From Paraspadella gotoi (Eukaryota; Animalia; Chaetognatha), in NCBI GenBank assembly GCA_051294375.1, contig JBJCIZ010001420.1:1-10746 (forward strand): 10,746 nucleotides of DNA. Direction: 5' to 3'. A program made the position numbers and the translations under genes. This document shows positions 1-7,368 of the stretch, one piece after another. The notes beneath the pieces are model-generated. The model saw only the letters and a program-made list of their open reading frames with translations, ran no database searches and was not told where the DNA came from. Within the stretch, counting starts at the first letter, position 1. Each line of letters begins with the position of its first letter.

Positions 1-214
1 TGATGATAAGCCATAATAGTTGATGCAATGTAACCAAATATTGATGCGATGATAACCAATAATTGATGCGATGATAACAAATAACTGATGTGATGATAAT
101 CAAATGATTGAATGCGATGTAGTCATTCATTGATGTGATGATAATCATTCATGATAAGATGATAATCATTCATTGATGCGATGATGGTCATTCATTGACG
201 CGATGATCATTCAT
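1..214. repeat. ~22-bp degenerate minisatellite (consensus TTGATGCGATGATAAYCAWWMA), about 10 units, probably continuing past the left edge
   Basis: Head-to-tail units seen directly: ttgatgcgatgataaccaataa, ttgatgcgatgataacaaataa, ttgatgtgatgataatcattca, ttgatgcgatgatggtcattca. Confidence 0.92.
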
Positions 215-245
215 CGTAAATAAAACAAACAATGCGTGTATGAAT

Positions 246-248
<3 letters not shown>

Positions 249-279
<31 letters not shown>

Positions 280-293
280 AAAGAGAGAGAGAG
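249..293. repeat. (GA)n microsatellite, interrupted
   Basis: Direct reading. Confidence 0.95.
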
Positions 294-324
294 GTGGTCA
301 GTTTTCACTCTCGTTTATATAAAG

Positions 325-418
325 AATAATCAGAATTTTAGAAAAAAAATCCACGAAAATCTCGAATGTAAATTTGGATTTTGTATTGAGAAAAAAGCGC
401 GAATAAATGGCGGAATAA

Positions 419-459
<41 letters not shown>

Positions 460-506
460 CTGGACCGCCGCTGCAGAGCTGAACTCGTTTTTCGACGTAT
501 CTGAGT
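325..506 (+). repeat. Module A copy 1 followed by (GA)n (421-457) and the AAGCTGGAC...CTGAACTCGTT tail
   Basis: ATCCACGAAAATCTC..ATGTAAATTTGGATTTTGTATTGAGAAAAAAGCGCG.AATAAATGG is shared with the copies near 1022, 1453 and 3136. CTGAACTCGTT is also at ~1643 and ~3386. Confidence 0.9.
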
Positions 507-1021
507 AGGGACGAACTCTTTTCCTTTCTAATATTTATTTATTACTTACAATTAAACTTTATGTCCTCATCTTAAAAAAAGTTTTAATCTTGAATGAAAT
601 TTTAGATTGTTTTTTTTAAGAAGAAACCAGACCGAGGTCAAATTTCATATTTGCATATTTAATTAATTTATAAATATTTATCCCAACTCAAATAATTATT
701 ATTTTAAAAAAGGATAAAAAATGATTAAATATATACACTAAAAAAAATTTACAAATTTAAAATTGTAAAAATTATTAGAATAACAAAAAAAGTAATGTTT
801 AATTTGACTATATCTCTCTTCTCAACTCCTATTTTAGATATAATTTGCCAATGTGGGCCGACCGGTCCAAAGTTACAGTAATAAACAAAAACAAAAACAA
901 ATTTTTTTTTAGAAAATATATATGCAATTAAATTAATCCGTGGAATTGCCGGACATATAGCAAGCTGATGTACATGTGACATTGCCTGCATTACAAGTTA
1001 TTTTTCCTTTTATTTAAAAGG

Positions 1022-1144
1022 ATCCACGAAAATCTCGGATGTAAATTTGGATTTTGTATTGAGAAAAAAAAATAAATGGCGATAATAAAAGTTTTAGAAG
1101 GAAAAAAATAATAAGAATTTTTCAAAAAACGAACGATCGAACAT

Positions 1145-1175
<31 letters not shown>

Positions 1176-1216
1176 TGACTAAAAATTATTTTTGTACAAA
1201 AAAAAGAGATAGAAAG

Positions 1217-1260
<44 letters not shown>

Positions 1261-1261
1261 A
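1022..1261 (+). repeat. Module A copy 2 followed by two (GA)n tracts (1145-1175, 1205-1261)
   Basis: atccacgaaaatctcggatgtaaatttgg...aatttttcaaaaaacgaacgat matches the other copies. Confidence 0.9.
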
Positions 1262-1330
1262 AGTTTTCCGCCAACGATACGCAATATTAGTCTCTCGTTA
1301 TATCGGCGCTGATCTCGGTCAAGTTGATTT

Positions 1331-2206
1331 TTTTTATACATGTAACGTTTCCGTTGCCATCAAGTCATGTTCCTCGACATTGTTTACTCGTTGCCCTGCA
1401 ACGGCCACGAAATCCAGGTCAAGTAAGATATTCTTCATATTTTCTCAAAAAAATCCACGAAAATCTCAGATGTAAATTTGGGATTTTGTATTGAGAAAGA
1501 AGCGCGGAATAAATGGCGATAATAAAAGTTTTTAGAAGGAAAAAATAATCAGAATTTTTTAAAAACGAACGATCATGCATGAGATCGTACAGAGAGAGAC
1601 AGACGCACACAAGAGAGCGACTGAGAGAGGCTGAGAGAGACCCTGAACTCGTTTTTTAACGATTCAGAAAAGGCACCGCCTGAAAAAAATATATATATAA
1701 TTAAAAAATAAATAAAAGAAAGGCAAAAATGTTACAATGGTTTACAATTGGAAATTTTTCCAATTTTTTCCAATCGCAGCTTGTAAAAGATTTTATTTTT
1801 ATTTGTATTAAAATTAAGATATAGCTTCTCATTAAAAAAATCCTTTGAGTTCCATTTTTATTAGAAATTTTAAAAAAATTTTTTGAATTTCATCTTCAAT
1901 ATTATATACTGCAATATGTAAATTAGATTAAAGCATTTCTATATACTAATTTGGATATTAAATGAGTACTATAATCTCATTTGCATATTGCAGTAAATCA
2001 TAATGAAGTGGAAATTCAAAAAAAAAATACTTAATTCCAAATGTAATAAGAAAATATCAAAGCTATTTCAAATGAGAAGCCATATCTAAATTTTTTAACT
2101 TACTATGATTGCACACTTTTGTAAAACTTTATCATAATTCATAATAATTTTTATTTAAAAAAAACGGTAAGTCACAGCCAAACCTATAAAAGCGTAGTAG
2201 TTTTTA
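1331..2206 (+). repeat. Long direct repeat, copy 1 (contains module A copy 3 and the fold-back)
   Basis: Collinear with 3021-4276, from TTTTTATACATGTAACGTTTCCGTTGCCATCAA to AAAACGGTAAGTCACAGCCAAAC.TATAAAAGCGTAGTAGTTTTTA. Confidence 0.95.
1810..2093. repeat. Imperfect inverted repeat (fold-back), ~120-bp arms and ~40-nt loop, copy 1
   Basis: Nested complementary blocks: agatatagcttctcatt / aatgagaagccatatct; tttgaatttcatcttca / tgaagtggaaattcaaa; tactgcaatatgtaaattagatta / taatctcatttgcatattgcagta. Confidence 0.9.
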
Positions 2207-2224
2207 TTAAACAAAACAGCGTGA

Positions 2225-2285
2225 ACGGACGACGACGACGACGACTACGTCACAAAGAAGCAACCCGGTCAAGGCTCGATAAAAA
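2225..2285 (-). mobile_element. Possible 5' end of a HINE-like non-autonomous element on the minus strand, with a (GTC)6 microsatellite
   Basis: The minus strand reads TTTTTATCGAGCCTTGACCGGGTTGCTTCTTTGTGACGTA(GTC)6CGTTCAC. A T-run, a short GC-rich terminal block and then a GTC-type microsatellite resemble the DINE-1/HINE layout. No matching 3' subterminal repeat was found. Confidence 0.4.
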
Positions 2286-2558
2286 TTGATAAGCAAAATT
2301 TTAAAAATTATTTTCATTTTCATATTATTTAATAGTCGCTTAACCATTATTTATTTGAGAGAACTTCTAGTTTTCAACCTGTTCCGGCCTAATATCTAGT
2401 AAGGCGGACCAAAATTGAAAACTTTTTATAACTTCTCGTTATCTTTAAAAAAATTTTTTTCCCTTTTACTACTAAATCGATTTTCAATGTAACTTTTTGA
2501 ATTAGTTCATTGGGTTGTTGCACTGAAGCTTTTAAATATTTATTAATATATAATAATT

Positions 2559-2632
2559 ATATAAAGTTTTGACGGAATTGTGCCAGTGGAAATAAGTTTA
2601 GATGGAAAAAACATAAGTCACATTTACTTGAA
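2559..2632 (+). repeat. Isolated partial copy of the HINE-like core repeat
   Basis: atataaagttttgacggaat...agtggaaataagtttagatggaaaaaacataagtcacatttact matches ~9427-9499. Confidence 0.85.
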
Positions 2633-2747
2633 TCTTTAATATTAATGATTACTAATAAATGTTTTAATTAATTAATTAATTAATGTTAAAAAATGATGCA
2701 AGTTAAAAAAATCTTAAAAGCATAAAGATCGTCGCAATTGCATAAAA

Positions 2748-2787
2748 AGAGAGAGAGAGAGTGAGAGAGAGAGAGAGAGAAGGAGAC
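2748..2787. repeat. (GA)n microsatellite
   Basis: Direct reading. Confidence 0.95.
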
Positions 2788-2920
2788 ATAAAATAAAATA
2801 GAGGATATTTGTTTGTTTTGATAAAATGTAAACAAAAAATATTTAATAATTGTCCTAACCCAATTTTAAGGACATCGATGATGATAAGTTGAATATAAAT
2901 TTAAAATTAATTATTACATA

Positions 2921-2985
2921 TTAAAATTAATTAATTAATCAATTAATCGATTAATTAATTAATTAATTAATTAATTAATTAATTA
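2921..2985. repeat. (TTAA)n self-complementary microsatellite
   Basis: Direct reading. Includes the perfect palindrome AATTAATCGATTAATT at 2941-2956. Confidence 0.95.
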
Positions 2986-3411
2986 TTGTAGGCAGATCCG
3001 ACATTGTTTGCTCAAACTTGTTTTTATACATGTAACGTTTCCGTTGCCATCAAAACGCGTTATTAGGTAATGTTCCTCGACATATTTTGTTGAAATGCAG
3101 GTCAAGTAAGATATTCTTAACATTTTCTCAAAAAAATCCATGAAAATCTCAGATGTAAATTTGGGATTTTGTATTGAGAAAAAAGCGCGGAATAAATGGT
3201 GATAATAAAAGTTTTTAGAAGGAAAAAAATAATCAGAATTTTTCAAAAAACGAACGATAACGCAAAAAATCGTACAGACAGAGAGAGACACAGAGAGAGA
3301 CAGACAGAGAGAGACAGATAGAGAGAAACAGAGAGAGACAAAGCTGGACAGCTGCTGGAAGGCCGCTGTACAGTCACTGCAGAGCCTGAACTCGTTGCAG
3401 AAAAAGAATTT

Positions 3412-3708
3412 TTTTTTTATTAATACCAAAAACAGTATTGAAAAATCAGAAACAGTATTTCTTTTTATTTCAAAAATATTAAAAACACAGGTTACATAAA
3501 CAGTAAAAACAGTACATAAACAGTACATAAATAGTATCCAGTTTTTTTTTTCTTTTTTTATTAATACCAAAAACAGTATTGACATAATCATAAACAGTAA
3601 TAGTGTAAAAGACTGGAAAACTAAACTGTGTATTGAAATTCAATAAAAACAAAAGACACTAACGTTTAAAAGACTGGAAAACAAGTAAAAACTAAACTAC
3701 ATAATGAA

Positions 3709-3712
<4 letters not shown>
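3412..3712 (-). repeat. Repeat family B in reverse orientation relative to the copies at 7627-7880 and 9697-9960
   Basis: TTATTAATACCAAAAACAGTATTGA (twice), AGTGTAAAA, AAAACTAAACT and AAAAGACACTAACGTTTAAA are reverse complements, in collinear order, of blocks in the right flank. Confidence 0.88.

Positions 3713-3741
<29 letters not shown>
3712..3741. repeat. (TA)n microsatellite
   Basis: Direct reading. Confidence 0.95.
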
Positions 3742-3743
<2 letters not shown>

Positions 3744-3870
3744 TTTTTTTTTATATATATAATTTAAAGAAAAAAAAGAAAGGCAAAAATATATTACAAT
3801 TTTTTACAATTGGAAATTTTTCCAATTTTTTCCAATCATAGCTTGTAAAAGATTTATTTTTATTTGTATT

Positions 3871-4157
3871 AAAATTAAGATATAGCTTCTCATTAAAAAA
3901 AACCTTTGAGTTCCCATTTTTATTTGAGATTTAAAAATTTTTTTTGAATTTCATCTTCAATATTATATACTGCAATATGTAAATTAGATTAAAGCATTTC
4001 TATATACTAATTTGGATATTATAATGAGTACTATAATCTCATTTGCATATTGCAGTAAATCATAATGAAGTGGAAATTCAAACAAAAAATACTTAAATCC
4101 AAATGCGATAAGAAAATATCAAAGCTATTTCAAGATGAAAAGCCATATCTAAATTTT
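3871..4157. repeat. Fold-back inverted repeat, copy 2
   Basis: Same arm pairs as 1810-2093. Confidence 0.88.
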
Positions 4158-4286
4158 TAACTTACTAATTACTATGATCGCACACTTTTGTAAAACTTTA
4201 TCATAATTCATAATAATTTTTATTTAAAAAAAAACGGTAAGTCACAGCCAAACGTATAAAAGCGTAGTAGTTTTTAGTTTTTTTTC

Positions 4287-6671
4287 CCTGCAGAATTCTG
4301 GAAATGCTTTTGGGGTTTGGTGGCACATGACCTTTTATGGAGGTGATTGAATGCGGTTTTATGAGATTGGAAGGGTGACGAGGTCAATGTCAGAGGGAGC
4401 TGTTCGTCTTATATATAAGAAGGGTGATAGAGAGGATGTCAAAAATTATAGACCTGTCAGTTTATTAAATGTAGATTATAAAAATGATAAGTGGTTGTAT
4501 TAATGCACGATTAGTAGAAGTTTTACCTGGATTGGTGCATGAGGATCAGGCAGGCTTACCAGGGAGAAAAATATCAGATGTTTTGCATGTAATACAGGAT
4601 GTAATTGATTATTGTAGAATTCATGAGGTAGGAGGCGCTTTAGTCTTTTTAGATCTTGAGAAATGTTTTGACAGGGTTGACCACAGTATGGTTTTAAAGA
4701 TTTTAAAAAAATTTGGTTTTGGTAGAAATATAATTAGTTGGGGTAAGGACATTCTATAATAAGGGTAACTAGTAGAATTTAGTTAATGGGCATTGGTCTG
4801 ATGAGATTTTGATTGACAGGGGATTGAGACAGGGTGATTCTCCTTCAATGACGCTATATATTTTAGTTGCAGAGGTATTTGCAAACTCCATTAGAAAGGA
4901 TAAAATGATAGAAGGTATTAAAATTAAAGGGGCCTGAAAAAAAAGTAGGGTCTATTGTCGATGACACCCAGGGTTTCCTGGGGTCAGAAGCATCGCTAGA
5001 GAGGTTTATGGAAAAGGCAGTACGTTATGAAAGAGCAGCAGGGTCAAGGGTTAACAGAAGTAAGTCAGTAGGGTTGTGGTTAGGGCCTTGGAAGATAAAC
5101 CTAAGGATTCTGTGGTCTGACCTGGAAAGACATTGCAAAGGTCTTAGGAATGCTGGTAGGTCGAGGATTTTGATAAAAGCAAATTTTGCTGATGTTTTTA
5201 AGGTATTAAGTCAAAGTTGACCCTCTGAAAACTCGGCCATTGTCAAACCTTAGGAAGGCGCAAAGTTACTAATATATTTCTTTATTCTGCTTTATGGCTA
5301 TAGAACAGAATTGTTGACGCCTCCGTGGGGAGATTATGATGCCTTAGAAAACTGAGGTACAAAATTGGATGTTTTATGGTAGAAAAGCAGATTGCTAAGG
5401 ATAGGCTGAGGGATTCTCTTATTATAATGGTGGAGCGCAATTAATGGATATTAGAGATAAGGTTAAAGCACAGAGAATAATGTGGATAAAAGGTTGTTAA
5501 GCATGCCGAAGGAATCTTTTTCTAGAGTTTTAGTGGATGAGCTTATTGGAGGACAAGCATCTGGCTTTTATGGATTGGATAGCCCTTAGGCCAAATGTAG
5601 GCGGGATTACCTTTTGGTATTAGTCGGGTTTTATGCTGAGGCTGTAAGGGCTTGGTCATGCTTGCCTTTCAAAATTGAACCGGGTAGTTTGCCTGTTGAT
5701 GGTTACCATTTATTATATAATACAAATGTGACTGCATTCCAAATGGAATAGTTTTAAAGTCGTTTAGTAATATAGTAGAACGAGAATTAAGACTGTTTGG
5801 TCAATTCTTGAATATGCCAATGAATGAAACTCCACGCTCTCAGAGGAAAAGGATTTTTGATATCCAATGTAGAGTAAGGGAACAAGTTGAAAATATTGTC
5901 CCAACTGATCATCCTCCTGACTTCATTTTAGACGGTAAATGGACGCCAATAGAAGGTTGAGTGAAATGTCATTTGCGGAAACTTATTCTCAATTGAGAGT
6001 TAATTTAAAAGTTAGTAAGGCATTATGAAGAGAAATGGGAAAGAGTACTTGGAATTAGTTTAACTAATGAGTGGAGGGCCATCTGGGAGCAATTATGTAC
6101 TCTGATACTTCTTACTATGTTAGATCTTCTATTTTGGCGCCAGCGTAAATTTAAATTTCTGGACAGCATACATGGATTATGCCTATGTAGGAAGAGGTGA
6201 TGGCTTTTTGTGATCTTTGTGGTGTTGTAGCACGTGAAAGATGGCATATTTTGACTCACTGCGAAGTGGTTGTAAGACTATGGGAGAAATTGAGTGTGAC
6301 ACTGTTCAAATTTGATGATAAGCAAGTAGATAACCGAGAGATGAGCTTAGGCTTAATAGCGACAAGGGGTAAAGTGAGGTTAAGAAATAAATTAGGATTT
6401 ATTTTTAAGATCTGTTATATTCAAGATTGAGAGCACAGAGGATTAGGAATGTTGAGTCGGCCGGTTGAAAAGACTGTGGAAAATATTTGTTATTTCATTG
6501 AAAAAGGATTTAGAACAAGATTATTGGGTGGCCAAATTAAGTGGCAGATGGGAAGTTTTAAAAAAAGAATCTTATTGGGTAATGTACTGGCGTACATTAA
6601 ATGATGATGGGACTGTAGAGTGGGGAAACTTAATTAAACGGGTTAAAATTGGCTATTGCGAACTTATTTAA
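4287..6671 (+). pseudogene. Frameshifted LINE ORF2 remnant: reverse transcriptase plus C-terminal CCHC zinc knuckle
   Basis: Manual translation across frameshifts gives PAEFWKCFW (4287), LIYKKGDREDVKNYRPVSLLNVDYK (to 4482), LDLEKCFDRVDH, RGLRQGDSPS (4818), IVDDT (4954), VNRSKSVGLWLGPW, YNGGAQLMDIRDKVKAQRIMWIK (~5422) and CDLCGVVARERWHILTHC (6209-6262), with TAA ending at 6671. The ORFs 4484-4759, 5008-5220, 6197-6430 and 6465-6671 are pieces of it. Confidence 0.93.
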
Positions 6672-6716
6672 TCAATGAGCGGTATCTCGTATTGCGGTAT
6701 TGGCTATTCAGGTATT
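4287..6716 (+). mobile_element. 5'-truncated non-LTR retrotransposon (LINE), L1/Tx1-like; 3' boundary uncertain
   Basis: Abrupt switch to more GC-rich, coding-like sequence. It starts just downstream of where the PGPDG motif is expected, so ORF1 and the endonuclease are absent. No clear poly(A) tail or target-site duplication. The Tx1 assignment rests on motif style (KSxGLWLGxW, GGAQLMDI..K..A....WI, CCHC), not on a phylogeny. Confidence 0.88.
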
Positions 6717-6739
6717 GAGGGACCACATATCTATATCTT

Positions 6740-6998
6740 TGTTTATTAGCGTCTTGTTTTGTTATTATTAATATAGGTTTTTGAGTATTTATTAGCGTCT
6801 CATTTTGTTTTTGCCGTCTCTTTGTTTTATTAGCGTCTTTTGTTTTTATTAGTGTCTTTTCTGTTTTATTAGCGTTATTAGCGTTTTATTAGGCGTCTTT
6901 TGTTTTTATTAGTGTCTTTATGTTTTTAGCGTCTTTTGTTTTTATTAGTGTCTTTCTGTTTTTAGGCGTCTTTTGTTTTTCATTAGTGTCTTTCTGTT
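6740..6998. repeat. ~19-20-bp minisatellite TTAGYGTCTTTTGTTTTTA(T) with an alternating two-unit higher-order structure
   Basis: ttagcgtcttttgtttttattagtgtctttctgttt recurs about 4 times between 6830 and 6998, with looser units upstream. Confidence 0.9.
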
Positions 6999-7091
6999 GA
7001 TTATTATTTAAAAATATGTGTATGTGTGTATTATATATATATTATATTGATTGTAGTTTTTTATTTCTATTCAATAGCGTTGTGGTCCCTC

Positions 7092-7368
7092 TGCCTTTAC
7101 TTTAACACATTGTAATTATAAATTTTGGTATATGTTATACACTAAGCATTAAATACTTATAATGACGTTTTATAAAAATAAAAACCATGACGTTTTACGT
7201 TTTTCGTTTTACATTTTACGCATTAAACACCTTTTTATACTAGACATTTTTTGTTTTTTACTTTAAACACTTTTTTACTTTTTCCGCGTTTACGATTATA
7301 AATTTATTTTAAAAAATCCTATTTTTGCCCTTTACTTTAACACATTATAATTATACATTTTAGTATAT
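7092..7368 (+). repeat. Two ~42-bp direct repeats (7092-7133 and 7326-7368) in T-rich low-complexity DNA
   Basis: tgcctttactttaacacattgtaattataaattttggtatat versus tgccctttactttaacacattataattatacattttagtatat. Confidence 0.85.

Larger units (their letters stand above)
3021..4276 (+). repeat. Long direct repeat, copy 2, with an extra ~340-bp block at ~3410-3750; ends at the LINE junction
   Basis: 3021-3408 corresponds to 1331-1670, and 3752-4276 corresponds to 1689-2206. Confidence 0.95.

Noticed and set aside
1-214. Box C-like RTGATGA motifs suggesting snoRNAs
   Set aside because: They are part of the minisatellite unit, with no consistent box D or terminal stem.
244-504. 86-aa ORF with (ER)n runs
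   Set aside because: It is a translation of (GA)n microsatellites and module A, with no domain signal.
749-991. 80-aa minus-strand ORF
   Set aside because: Low-complexity AT-rich sequence with no recognisable motif.
1419-1610. 63-aa minus-strand ORF
   Set aside because: It lies in module A, and the frame is not preserved in the paralogous copy.
2367-2408. Minus-strand Helitron 3' end (imperfect hairpin TCCGCCT...AGGCCGGA followed by CTAG)
   Set aside because: The stem is bulged, CTAG is followed by A rather than the expected target T, and there is no second copy to define a boundary.
2983-3591. 202-aa minus-strand ORF
   Set aside because: It crosses unrelated repeat modules and an (SL)n microsatellite, and the frame is not conserved in copy 1.
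649-4048. Octamer ATTTGCAT at 649, 1979 and 4041
   Set aside because: Two of the three come from the duplication, the motif is expected in AT-rich DNA, and no linked gene is visible.
4237-4293. 57-nt GTAAGT...TTTTTTTTCCCTGCAG intron joining the host repeat to the RT
   Set aside because: The splice-like motifs are present, but the upstream frame has a stop at 4191-4193 with no ATG after it, and the acceptor comes from the LINE's Pro-Ala-Glu codons. RNA-seq support would be needed.
6023-6259. 78-aa minus-strand ORF
   Set aside because: Antisense shadow of the LINE ORF2.
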